A program made the translations under genes and the position numbers. DNA of 64,000 bases from Intoshia linei (lineage: Eukaryota; Animalia; Orthonectida): positions 1-64,000 of the forward strand of contig LWCA01000029.1 in NCBI GenBank assembly GCA_001642005.1, written 5' to 3'. Under the pieces are notes generated by a model, which made no database searches, was not told the origin of the DNA, and saw nothing but the letters and a program-made list of their open reading frames with translations. This document shows positions 47,001 to 60,900 of the stretch, piece after piece; the stretch's first letter is position 1; each line of letters starts with the position of its first letter.

Positions 47001-50000
47001 TTTTATAAATACCACATTTCAATTACAGTTTTTTCCGGGACGTATAATAAGATAAATTTCAACTCTCCAATTTCACATCTTACGAGTCAAAAACCCCAGT
47101 TGTCCCTCTTTTTGAAAATCAAACGAGTTGGAGAATTTAAAAAGATATATAAGCTGATGCGGATTTTAAAATAGTAAACATCATAAACTTAAATTTACAA
47201 AAATTGTGAAATAAATCAAATGAAATAAGCTGTATCAGTATAATCTATTATTTAAATTTTAGACTATTTTCATTTTTTAATAAATGAAAATCTGGGGTTT
47301 TGTGAAAATGTACTTTGATGAAATTTTCATGTATGATACCGATTAAGTTTTTCAAAAATATCCTAGAATTTATGTTTTATCAAATTTTAGGGATGATTTT
47401 TTTTACCGAAAAGTGAGATTGGGTTTCTGACCCTGAAAGACTCAATTTCTGAAAATGAAAGCTGCATTAAAACATCACTCTTTCAAAACTATTAAAACGT
47501 TAGTTTTGTTAAATTATAGGACTGTTAATGTTTTAAATAAACGGTAACACACTCGGGCATTCAATTTTATATAAGTAGGATTTAAATTGAAATTGACAAT
47601 TAAAGTGAGAACTAATTATGGTGCACTATTGAATGTTATAAAATTAAAATTCGGGTGGTAGCCGAATCTACCCTACTGATATTTCTCTACTGTGTATTTC
47701 GAAACTTCGACGAAACTTTTATAAATACGGCATTTAAAAAATGTAGCTTGATCAATATAATTATTGATACTTAACAGTCTAAGTCATTATTAATGGAATT
47801 GTTAGCAGGAATTCCATTTTAGCGGAAAAATTCCATATTAACGGAATTTCAAATTATTTGTATTTTTTTTAACGAATTTTTACGAACCAAAAATTGTGTT
47901 AATAATAATTTTATCTTTAAAGCTCTAGAATTACTTCGTCATGTATTATTCAAAAAACTCATAATAACAAAAAATGTGACTATTTAAAAAAATTAAATTC
48001 CGTTAACAAGGGTGTTACTATGGGAAAATTCCATATTAACGGAATTACGGAATTTTAATTTTGGTTGTCAAATTTAAACTGTCAAGTACAGATTGTGAAG
48101 AAGTGGTTAGTCATTATATTGCATTCCCGCAGTGTTTGAAAATTTTTAAATCCTCTTTTTGATTGTTTAAGTTCAATTATTTTAGATTCTGCTGTTATTA
48201 GAAGAGGCCACCGAAAATAAAAAATGGGGGGTAAAATTTTTTTGCACACGATGTGAAACGAGGCCCTAGCCACCGATCCAGTGCTCTTGGTTTGACATTT
48301 TAATATGTGATAGTATATATGTCATAGTGATATATCATACAAATGAAGAAACTGAGTGTCAGCCTTTGTTTCTCATAATTGTTGACACCCTAGTATCCTT
48401 AAGGAAATTGACTGAAAAAATAGTCAATTTCATGTCTTTCCAAAAATATATTTCGCTATTACGAGGTCTGATTGTATGATGGAAAAGTGGGTGCTAATAT
48501 AAATAAGATTAGGGATAAGGGAGTTCATTTATTCAGTGTATGCATTTTAATGAATTTATTATACCCAAATCTTACTGTTTATTTATTGTAATTTGGTTAT
48601 TACAAATGCAACTCTGTGAAAGCTGATATAATGAATTAACATGGTTTATAGATTAATTCAAGAAGAGAAAAACATTAACGATTTCCGAGTAAAGAATTTG
48701 GTCAATTATGTTGAAAATTCAAAAAACCAATCAAGTCCTTATATTTGCTCGCCTTCTTCTACTTTATCATCAAATATTCACTTAGAAGCAAATAATCCAT
48801 CATATCCAGCAGACACGCTCAACAAAAGCTCACGAAAGGATTTGTACAAAAATGACCAAATTTATTTACCCTCCAATTGCATTCAAAATGAAGCATTTTA
48901 TAACCCAGAAGACGCATTTAATAAAAGGTAATAATCTGATACCACCATATCGTTAAAACACCTACTGTCATTTTGGTGTTAATCCGGTAATGTTGATTTT
49001 GTCTTTAAGATTTAGTATGATAATAATCTATTCCATTATTGTAATAGTTAAATCCAAATTGATAATATTGACTACTTGTTAATACTCCCAAAGGTGTTCA
49101 CCGTTAAAATTAATATATTATTTTAGGGATTAATTTAATATTATTAAGGATAAAAAATCACTTAATCTAATTTCAAAATAAAAAAACCGATTTTAACAAT
49201 TATTAAGCTTTAAAGGGGAAAGTCTAGTTTTTCTAATATTTTTTTGAATAATATTAATTTACCAAAATTAGGGAGAAAAAACCACTTAATCCAACCACAA
49301 AAAAAAAATTCCACTTTTTCTAATACACTCCGTCCAATAATTATAACAACACTATCATTTTGTTAATAAAAATTATATTTGTAAAGCAAAATTTATGAAA
49401 ATTGGCATGTTGGACATGCACAATGTAAGGTTGTCATATTAAAAAAAAATAATTGAAAAAAAACACAATTAACTAAAGTTTTTTAATAAAAACGTTAAAA
49501 ATACAAAAAGAAGAGTGACCATAAATTATAACAACACAACTGTTTATTAATTATAATGTCTATATATGCTACATGAATATTTCTTTCAATAATTAATTGA
49601 CTTTCCTCCAACCTTTAATACTTTGATTGCACGATTTTGTTTAGAATCTGATAGTTTCAAAAACGTTTCATGCAAAATGTCTTCCCATGAATCCATTACG
49701 GCTTTTGTTAGTTCATTAATATTGTTATATTGTTGATTTCCACCATAGAGACATCGAACCATTATACCCAAATATTTTCTATAGGATTGAGATTTGGAGA
49801 CACAGCATGCCATTCCATAATATTAAAAAAATGATCATTTAAAAATAATTTTGTCGACCTAGATTTGTGACAACTCGCATTATCTTGTTGATAGATCAAA
49901 TTTTTTCTTAAATTTTCGTTGTGAGGAAGGAGAGGTATGAGGTTATGCTCTATAACTGTTTGGTACTTGATAGAGTTTATATTACCATCTACTTTGACAA

Positions 50001-52958
50001 CACATTTTATACCACCACTTGAAAAAGCTCCCCATATCATAACACCACTTCCACCAAATCTTCTACTGACCCTTTCTGGCAATTCATGGCGTAAGTCATG
50101 CCAGTAATAATTGTAGTAATCGGGATCATCTATATTACTCTTCAGATAATTTTCCGCCTACTTTACTTTGGAGTCCTTGTGTCTTGCTAGTAATTTTGAC
50201 TTTGGTTTAATTTTAACAAGGATGATAATTTAGTTTGACTTTATAACATTGTAAACGGAACATTATATATATTTATTCCCTTAGAGCACATAATCGCCGC
50301 AACACCTCTTACTCTTTTATTAGGATTCGAAGTTACCTCCCTTATAATGACTCTTTTTGTCATATCTGACATTTTAGTTTTAGCACCAGCTCTTTTTCTG
50401 CCTTCATCATAACCTTGTGGGTCATCTAAAAATGATCGAACTACATCAAACGATCTTCTTAATGTAAAATGGCAATTTAAACAATCAGCAATATTCCTAT
50501 ACAATCTCCTGATGTTATTGTCATCATATGCTGCTCCTAAAATGAATTTTTTTCATCATCACTTAATTTGCAACCTATACCCATGTTCTAAGTAAATTCT
50601 TATTAATTAGTACAATTAAAAATTGGATTTTTGGAAAGTGTTGTTATAATTTATGGACACTCGTGTTTTTTTATTTTTAACGTTTTTATTAAAAAACTTT
50701 AGTTAATTTGGTTTTTTTTCAATTATTTTTTTTAATATGACAACTTTACATTGTGCATGTCCAACATGTTAATATTTTTCATAAATTTCATATTTTCATA
50801 AATTTTGATCTACAAATATAATTGTTATTAACAAATTGATAGTGTTAATATAATTATTGGACGGATTGTACTATATTAAAAAATTGATTTTTACTAAACC
50901 AAATACAAATTTGAATATGAAGAGAAGAAATATTTTTAATAAATTAAGTGATTTGCGTAATTATTATTACTGCAACTTATTTTTGGAAATATCGACAATT
51001 TGTCTATATTTGTTCTCTCATCAATAAAAAGGTACCCATTGCCTTATAAAATATGGGCGAAGCACCTACTAAACCTTCAAAAATAAAATCTATTTGTATC
51101 AAATGCACTCTAAACACACGGATCACATCCTTTTTAATTATTATAACAATCAAAATGAGATAGCATAGTGTCTTTTTCCAATGTAATATGTTTTGATTTT
51201 ATGGAGTATTTGCGTGGTGATGTGACCGGTTTTGATTAATTTACACGTGAGTTAATGAATACATTGATAATTTGTATCATTTTTAGAATATCTCTTTATA
51301 CTGAGAAAAAATTATCAAATTCAAAGAATAATATTTCAGAAACTTCCTCCCTTTCTCAAACTAACGGAAATACCTCTCAAACTGAAATATTATATGATAA
51401 AAGAGAAAAACGTAGTTCAATTTTAAACATTTCAAAATATTTCCGCAAGAAAGATAAAAAAAAGAATAAAATTTATCATTCAAACTCAACTGGTATTATT
51501 ACTTAGTTACTAAATTTTAGTATTTATCAATTTTTAATGCCTAAAATATGTAGAATCAAATACTTCTTTTATCAAAAACGAATTTAAACAAATTAAAAAC
51601 AAAAAGTATAGCAAAATTGATGAATACAGTCGCGTTAAACAAAGGTAAATAATATTTTACTTTATGATGACTCGTTATTTAAATGTAGACATCAACTCTT
51701 ACTAGACACTATTAAAGCTGGAACACCATTTCATGTATGGAATGGACCGACGGTAGTGGCATGGATGGAGGTAAAACATTTTTTGAATATTAAAAAATAA
51801 AATATTTGTAGTTATGGGTTGGCATGCCACTTTGGTACGTTGCAGCGTGTCGTGCAAACATAAATAATGGTTCCATAATGATGAAATTATCAGATTTTGA
51901 AATACAAAAACAACTTGGAGTAGCCAATCCATTACATCGTGTAAAACTTCGTTTAGCAATATCTGAAATGATATCATGTTTACATTATATATCAAAAAAC
52001 CCAAATATTGAAAATTGTAAAAGAATAGAAAATGCAAACGTTTCACCTTACAGTATTTTTAATAATGAAAAAATGATTACTCCAGATTGTACTTATCCAT
52101 GCATTTATAATTTCATTCACATGAACCACGAATGGGTGGGAAATGAATGGCTGTACGATTTAGGTTTATCTACATATCGATCCATTTTTATGGAAAACCT
52201 GGTAGACATTAGAATGATGAAAAATTTAACCAGAGAAAATTACCAAAATTACTTTTCAATAACCAACCCGGTTCATTTGTATGGAATTTTATTTTTATTA
52301 TTTTATTTATATTTTAGATCTAGTCTTAATTGTAGTATCATTTCTTTAGAAAAAATTAACTATGATCTCTTTAAGTTGAATGAATTGCGCTCTGAATGTG
52401 ATAAGAATTGTAAAAGTATGTATATTAGCTATTTTATATTTTAACTGGGTTGACTGTAACATATTTCATACAAACAGCACCTAGCTTTGCCGATAGTGGC
52501 CTTATTTGATTATACCAAAAAATTAAGTGCAATAAAATCTTACTTAAAAATGCTACTATTCATTATTACCAATCCCGTAAATATATATAAAGGAGTGGTT
52601 TCGATAAGTAAAAAATAATTTGTATAAATAATTAACGGACTCGGCACTTTAAAAATCTATTTCGGGTAAATTTTACTAACATTGTAAATTTATTTTAATT
52701 TAAATTTTAGATGTTCATATTTGGACAAATCAACGAGTTATTAAATGGATTGAATCATTACCAGAAATTCGAGAATTTTCAAAAAATTTGTTGGATACTG
52801 GTGTAAATGGACCATTATTAGTTTACGACACATCCTTTAAATGTACACAATTGAGTGATGTACTTAGGATACCTACTTCTTCCAAATGTAATGAAAGAAA
52901 AGTTTTAGAATCTTATTATAATCAACTTTTCATACTAAAACCCAACAATTTTTGTTAA
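44098..52958 (+). CDS. PPFIA: Liprin-alpha (PPFIA/SYD-2 family)
   Basis: N-terminal [89 protein letters not shown]|LIQEEK, and three SAM domains ([39 protein letters not shown]). Confidence 0.95.
46912..47205 (+). mobile_element. 5' part of a Helitron family copy; an opposite-orientation 3' end lies at 46637-46700
   Basis: A|TCCTAATTTATATAATATGCTAC plus a (GT)n microsatellite; near-identical to 63520-63780. Confidence 0.85.
49326..50868 (-). mobile_element. Full-length but frameshifted Tc3-like (DD34E) transposon in a liprin intron
   Basis: TA-flanked ~210-230 bp TIRs with inner direct repeats (ATTATAACAACAC). Motifs [21 protein letters not shown] and QQDNA[10 protein letters not shown] with 34 residues between D and E. 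Confidence 0.93.
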
Positions 52959-53496
52959 TTTGTAAAAATATCCATGTAGCAACATTTGTATTTGTGTAGT
53001 TAAATTTTTTTCAATTTGTTTTGTATGCGTTTATTTTTTTTCGGTGAAATTAAAATTGTCAAGTGTAAGAAATCGATTTCCGATTTTTTAAAAATAAAAT
53101 AAGTCCAAAATTTAAAAAATGTATTATTAACGCATTTGAAAGTTATTAAGGTTTTAATAGTTCGTCAAATTCCGGACCTTTATATGAGAATATTTAGTCT
53201 CGATAAAGTTTAAAACGAAATTGTGCTTCACAAACGATAAATTAAACTCAGAAAAATATACAAAAATACTTACATAATATTGTACTATAATACTTATATA
53301 TAATATTGATTATAATCAATAATAATAATAATTATTAATTATTTTAGTTAGTTTTTTTTAAATTTTCCAATCGACCCCTGTAAACCAAAAATACCACAAA
53401 ATTATTTCACTGTTATCGCCCCCTCTCCTAAGTATTCAAAACGCCCACAGGGTGCGATATTGCCCACGTTGGGAAACACTGCCTTAGACTCTAAGG

Positions 53497-54440
53497 CAGT
53501 GGTTCTTAACCCGGGTGCATAATTAATCAATTTTTGGGGTGCACAGAGCTATTTTCAATTTATTTTAATTACATTAATAAAATCATTAGTGAAAAATTAA
53601 TTATTAATTAATTAATTAATTTTCTAAATGAGTGAAATTACATAATTGATATTTTTATTATAAACAAAAAGATTAGATATAAGACATAATTTCATCTTGT
53701 TAATACTTATTAAGTTAAGTTAATAATTAACGCTCATTGAATTTATTCACAATCATTTAATAATCAAATTAATTTTGTATTTTCAACGTTTTTAACGTAT
53801 ACAAATTATCATATAGTTTCTAATCTTTTCTAAGGATGTCTAAAAGAAGACAATGAAATAAGAATTAGGTAGAATTTTGTTTTACCTGTCGTAGTAATGC
53901 AGATGAAATGGAAAAACCTTAGTGCATTTACTTTTCGGCGTTTTATGCAATAATTGCATAAAGCCAAACTTCCTACGTAATCATAAGAATATAAAACACT
54001 CAAACCTCATTGACTGTGTGGAAGTTATCGTTCGAAAAAGAAGACGTTTCGATATAAGTGGAACAGTTGACAATTTATCATTTCTTCTCAAAATAACAAA
54101 ATTGTAGAGGCATAATATCATGTTGCTTACATGTTTTCTAAACAAAAAAAGCATCATACCATCGGAAGCGTTGATCAAACCATGTACTCTTAACATTGCA
54201 AAACTTTTACTTGGATAATAACAAAAAGAGGCACTTAAATCAATTTCAACTTTGTAAAATGATTAAAAATGTAACAGAAGTTATCGAACTTCAAGTTATG
54301 GATGAACTTCGAAAAAGCCTAGTAAAATTTAGTTTACAATTGGACGAATCTACTGATGTTTTTTGCAATATATGTTGTGAATGATATCAATAGAAGGAAT
54401 ATCTGTTTTGTGAGTCATTAAATAATACTACAAGAGAATT
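53497..54440 (+). mobile_element. hAT Buster/Charlie (ZBED5/SCAND3-like) element: left end and degenerate transposase
   Basis: Left TIR CAGTGGTTCTTAAC; translation fragments EKP*C..., HTIG..LIKPC and FSLQLDESTDV. No right end was found. Confidence 0.8.
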
Positions 54441-55836
54441 TATGTATTCGAAATAAATTATATATTAATATATTAAAATATATATAAAATTTTTTATGGG
54501 CGCTATAATTTACGTTGGCCCCAAATAGAAACATTTTTACATAATCTTTTGATTTTTCTAGTAACCATTTTGGAAATATATTATATATGACTATGATAGC
54601 TTTAAATGTGATATTTGGGGATTTTTGGTGTAGTATGTTTAATATCTATCCACTTGTGACTAAAATTGCCCTTGAAGTAATTATTACTTTCGTTACAATA
54701 TAGTTTTGTCAGGCTGGATTTTGTATTTTAACAAATTAAAAAAAAGAAAAAGGAATAAATGAGATGTCCGTGCCGGTATGCGAGTGAGCCTATCAAAAAC
54801 AACGCGAAGATTTAGCTTACTTCTCATTTAAAAGCAACAATAACGATCCCATCAAAATTTATGTAAATAAATTTGTTCATTGTTATATAAAAGTTTTCCG
54901 CTACTACTTAATTTGTCTATTTTCTGAGTCTTTAACATTATAATTGAATAGTCTATTTTTGATTAATGAATTTGGTTGTATGACCAGGGCTACTACATTT
55001 TCCGATATTTTTCAAAGGAAAATAAATAATATATCTACTGGATATTGCAGTAGTACTTAAAACATTTTTAGTGAATATGATAGTTGACACGTTTTCATAT
55101 TTATAAAGGTTATAAGTAAATACAGACAGGGTCGTTGAGAGGGTCATATGTCCCGTGTCTACAATCATGAAGGCCTACTTTTTTAATTTATTAATAGGTA
55201 TTGATAAAAAATTTCTTAAGTGTATCATAATTTCGATAATCAATGCGATTTCAAATTCAAATTTAGGAACCACTCATTTAAAGGGTTGATATTAGTGAGT
55301 GTAGCATTTTTAATCCGTTCACTGTCTGTGTATTCTATAGTATAGAATAATTTTGAAAAACTTTTTTTATTTTCATACATTTTGACATAGGTAATTTATA
55401 AATTATACAAGTTTAAATTAAAACATAAATTCCAGACAGTGAAATGGTTAAGCAAGATTTTATTATTGAGTTTATTTTTTTGGTAGAATTAAAAAAGTTC
55501 GTTTTTGGCAGAGCTAGGATGCTGTTTGTGCGAAGTACATAACAGTCAATCTAGTTATAATATAAAATTATCAACAAATCTGATGGATAATTATTTCATG
55601 TAACCATAAAAAAATTTCTATGTATTTGGTCACACTGATTTATTTCATACATTTTCCTAGAGTTTTTCTAAACGCTTTAAAAATGTAACAATTTTTGATT
55701 AAATTCAATATACTTTGAATGAACATCAAATATTTGATTATTATTATTTTTTATTACCTTATACATTTACCAGTCCTATTAGTCCAATATATACAATTGT
55801 AGTGTAATAAATTTGGTTTTCATATTTAATATTTAG

Positions 55837-57848
55837 AAACGAACCAATTGTATGTTACATAAACGAAAAGTTTGATGAATATTTCAAAGGAGAAACTGGA
55901 ATAAATCGACGAAATTTGGTTGACGATAGAGTCCATGCATGTGTCTATTTTATCAATCCAATTTCTAACAAGTATTTTTTCTTCTTTTTACTCCTCTACC
56001 AAAAATTTCTTCGAGGCCTCCGACGAGGGTCTCGATACGGTAGGTTGGGCTGTGGTTCCTACTGCCAGAAATTGTTTATAATTGTATGCCGAAATTTTTT
56101 TCAAAACATATTACCACCTGCTTGAAGCTTTGCAATATTCAAATTTGATGTTATGCTATTTTAAGTACCATTATTTAGCATGTGATTATCATATTATACT
56201 CACTGTGTGGAAATTGTATCGTTTATTTTGAATCCACTCATTATGATTAATAATCATTGATTACTCATATCGTGTTTATAGATACATTTTGCAATATTTT
56301 GGTTTATTGGATGATTCCTTCGTAGATTTCCTTATTTAATTTTGTAATATTTTTAGTTTAAGGTATCATTAATAAATTTTTTTTGGATAATTGACATATA
56401 GAATACTTATTTTTTTAAAAATGCATACGGCTATATTTCGACATGCTACTGTGTAGAATAACAAAATCTTGTGTTGTACAAGAACCATAATACTATGACA
56501 TACTATTATTCTATTGATTGCCAAAAATTGGAAGGTAAAAATTACTCAATTAAAAATATGATTAATATTTACATATAAATATTTTATTAGGTCCATGACA
56601 AATAATTTTTAAATTTTGGTGTTCACGACGTTTATTACTTTCAGAAGCACTGATATAGATTGTCATTTTCGTTGAGCAGCTTATATTTCGTAAATTTTTA
56701 TTGTTAACATACGACAATAATTAATGAAAATAGTTGTTTAACTATATTGATGGTATGATTTTAACTTTAGTGTGATAAGTGATCACCTCCAATGGAGGTT
56801 ATCCATAAAAGTGATAACTTTATGATTTTTGAGTTTACTCTATATTTATTATTACATACATGTGTAAAGAACTGTGCAATTTCGATTTGTGCTGTTGAGA
56901 ATATTTCTAGAATGTTAAATCCAAAAAATATTTATATTCACAATTTTGATGATGATAAATCAAATATTACAAGGTTAAGAGGATAAAAGTTTATATTTGT
57001 CCAAATTAAATAGTTTATAAATTAAATAATTGGCAAATTAAATTATATATTTATCTACTGACTTGTTTGTCGTTGACTGTTAGTGGAATTAATGCTTTTA
57101 TTACACTGAATCGTAGGGGTTGGAAAGCGTTTTAGTTTGGCATTCATTAAATCAACTGAGAAATAAACACTGCTTAGTTTTAAATTTAAACTTTAAACAC
57201 GTAATATGATTTAAAAAGTAAAATAAAAAATATTAACTGTAAGTATTTTTATTTAATGTTTCTTTTGAGTGCTCTCATTATCGATATTTGATCTAATATG
57301 ATTATAATTATAATTAATATAGAATGAAATCATCTGATATAGTAACATTATTAAAATTACACAAAATTGTTAATGTTATTCCAGTTATTGCTCGTTCAGA
57401 TTTATTGAACGTTCAGGAATTGGCGCAAATGAAATGGAATGTACTTTTAATTTAAACGTTAACGGTATACTTTATTTAGATATTGAAACAAATAAATGAC
57501 AATAACATTGAAATATACACACTCGGAGATGAAGGTGGTGAGGAAGACGAAAGTGGAGAATATCTAGAAGAATTGAACAAATTAAATAGATTGATTCCGT
57601 TTGCTGTAGTTGGCGCAACAGATTGTTCCGAGGGAAGTGGTTCTAAATTACGTGGTAGAAAATATCCATGGGGTTTTATTAACATTGAAGACAAGGACCA
57701 TTGCAACTTTTCGGCATTAAGAGCAATTCTTACTACTTACATAGCAGATTTAAAAGAAGTTACCGAGAATTACTTGTATGAGGTTTACAGATGTAGTAAA
57801 TTGAGACAAGCTATCAATGTTTCAAAAAGACAAAGGTATTTATTGTAA
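55837..57848 (+). CDS. Septin, C-terminal two-thirds of the GTPase domain (5' exons not found)
   Basis: Exons 55837-55971, 57323-57440 and 57480-57848: EPIVCYINEKFDEY..E..INRR...DDRVHACVYFINP, VNVIPVIARSD, IPFAVVG, RGRKYPWG...IED..HCNF..LR..L. Confidence 0.85.
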
Positions 57849-57938
57849 AATTAACATAAACTTCATTAAAACTAGTCGATTCACTGTGGATAATAATTTG
57901 AAATAAACGACTTGTTACAATGTATATTTTCATTAAAA

Positions 57939-60900
57939 TTATGTAATGTGAGGAACCGACAAAAAACAACCCATTGTTGTGAAAATTGTTAGTGCAGCAA
58001 ACAAAACTAGGCAAAATCTGTCAATTACCATTGCAGCAAATTTCCAATCGTGAACCTCTTCTTCAATTTGATCATTATCTTTGACTTTGTGTGTTATATA
58101 ACGTAATTCATTTAAAATTGATAAAAGTTCGTTTTTTATGTTGTACATTGCGTTTTGATTTTGATTCCAAGGGCTACTCCTTGGAATTTCGTTTAAGGGA
58201 ATGGCATTGTCGATATCTTTTATGTTGCTAATTAAACTTAGAGAAAATTGGCTTCGTGATTCTAGATTTCGCATTTTTGATTTTCGTAGTAAAAATTGTC
58301 TTGATAAATCTTTACCGGGTCTAGTTAATCCCAAAATACATGCCATCCAGTCACATATTAAAATGCGAACCTAAAATATTGTATTTATTTAATTTTTAAA
58401 AAATTTTATGGTAATTTCGTTTTTTGTCGTGAAAATATCAATTTTTTAATTTGACATTTATTTACGATCTGGACGGTAAAGACTGACTTTTAATTTTGTT
58501 TTTGAAATTTCTACTCAATTTTCTAAATAATCAGGCACTTATTTCGAGCAGCTTTTACTTTGTGTAAGGATATTTACTTTAAAAATGTAGGTTTTATATT
58601 GGATTAGTTCCCATAATATAACACATAATGATTATCACAATTTATAATGGATTATAATTAGGGAAAACTTTTTATAACTAAAATAAGAAAAATGTAACCT
58701 ATAATAAAAAAATTGTAACTTTAAAAATAAATACATTTAACTTAAATTTTAAACCTATAAAAAAATTTTTTAAAAATACAAAATACATGCTTTTTTTCAG
58801 TTCATTTATGTTGGTTAATAATTAACGTAATGAGTAGACAAAAGGTATTAGACTCAAGAAAGTTATACCATATTAATGTTAAGATTTATTATGGTACAAT
58901 ATTAAGTATTTTTAAATGTTATCCGGTGAAAAATTTCTTTATTAGTCAACAGTTTATTTAACATACTAAAATTGCTCTCAATGCCATTAGAAGTCGATGG
59001 TCCATTTCTTAATTGGCTATACAAGGTTGGAGGTTTAGATTCATCCAAAGCCAATATTATTGATTCAATGTCATTCGTATTTAGTCTTTTGTTAATGTAT
59101 GGTTTTATATTACAAAAGTCCGAAATAAATTCAATATTCTTTATTGAGTCATACGACTTATTAATACTAAATGACTTCTTTGGCATTTCAATAATATTTA
59201 TTAGATAAACATATCCAGATAATTCGATTAATTCATTATATAATACAGTTGCAGATACAGCTCCTCTAGCTCGTTCGACGATTACACCATTGCCTGCGAT
59301 ACCATTAATAATATTTTTGATTAAATTTAATTTGTGGATGTAGTATACACTCGCTTCAACCCAACCACCGTTCATGTTAGTATTAATCTTTTTACAATCA
59401 AAGATTATCATTACATTATGAGGACTTTTCAAGGTACCAACTATATTATTAATGTACTTCACACCATTTACGTCAGTTTCATTCAACATTAAAGAAATCA
59501 ATTCATTGGAGCACACACTGTAATTCTTTCAATTTTACTCAAATATAATTGATCGACTTTACCACGACAGTTATTTTCAGATGGCAAAGTTTTTCCCATA
59601 CCAGCGAACAAATTCTTCGATTGTTTGTTGTTTAATTTATATAAGGGTATGTCCGCAGATAGAAAAGCTTGTAGTACTACTTGTAAAATCATTTTTAATT
59701 TTGAAAAATGTTTTGATCCGAACAGTATTATTGAAAGCAACATGTTTAGCTGAACCTCTATGTACCTGTATATAGTATAACTTTTCAAATGAGACGTAAC
59801 ATTTACATTTTCTACAATATAAATTGTTCTCTAACATTTGAAATTCCATTGGATATAGTTTTAAAATATTATTGATTTTTTCCTGTCGTAATTTTGGTAT
59901 TTTTGGCATACCATGATATAATCCTTTACTTATATAAAAGTTAAAGTCTATGTGTAACCATTTATTGAAAAAATTGACAGTGGCAGTTTTTCCCAGAGTG
60001 TGTTTTTATCTATTTGTCAGTTTCAGAATTTGAGTCCTTCATGGTCAAAAACTCAATTTCCCCTTTAAATTCAAAAATTTAATAAAATATACATTCTGGG
60101 ACGCGTTTTAAAATTATTAAAATTGTCGTTAATCTCAGCCTCAGAAACTCATACCTTCATGGTAAAAACTCCAAATTACCCTTTGTTTTAAAAATGAAAC
60201 ATGTCCTAAAATTTTTTTAAACATAAATTTTGGGATAGTTTTTAAAATCATAAACATTATCATAAATGGAAACATCAAAAAAGATATTTTTCACTATCAA
60301 AACCAACATTACCATTATTTTTTTAAATGAAAACAGCCCTAGAGTTTAAAAAAATACAAGTGGTACAGTTGTATCCTGTTAAGACACGCAAAAAATTTCA
60401 ATCTGAATAATGACGTCTTTAAGGTCAAAAAAGTACTTTCATAATTTGTAATTTTCGAAATGTAACTTTATTAACTTTAAAAATTTTTAATTAGCTAATT
60501 AATATTGATAATATCCGTTCCATCTTTCATGAAATTTAAAACTATTTAACATATCAAAAATTGACTTTCATAACTTTTGCTTGCCCTAATTATAATTAAT
60601 TTTTGTTGAATTACCCATTTGGGCATTTTGCACATTGAGGGTGTTCTATGGTGTAAATTAAGTATAATAATGGTCATCACTACTGACACGGTACACATTA
60701 ACATTACAGACTGAAAATAAATGCCTAAATGAATTTAAATTGTATTTATACATTCTAATCGTTTACCTAATATTGGAACTGACATTGAAGTTGACGGTAC
60801 GGATTCTGCTACAATTAAAGAAAAAACGCTCAAAGATAATAGTATCGTTACTCCTAAATTAATAAATATAGCAATAATATTTTAGACGTGCAGACAATTT

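Noticed and set aside
47780-48060. Clustered GGAATT/AATTCC repeats
   Set aside because: They look like subterminal repeats of a decayed DNA transposon; ends and TSD cannot be defined.
55030-55110. NMIVDTFS as a possible septin G3 (IVDTPG) exon
   Set aside because: Lacks PG, runs into a stop, and has no suitable splice sites.
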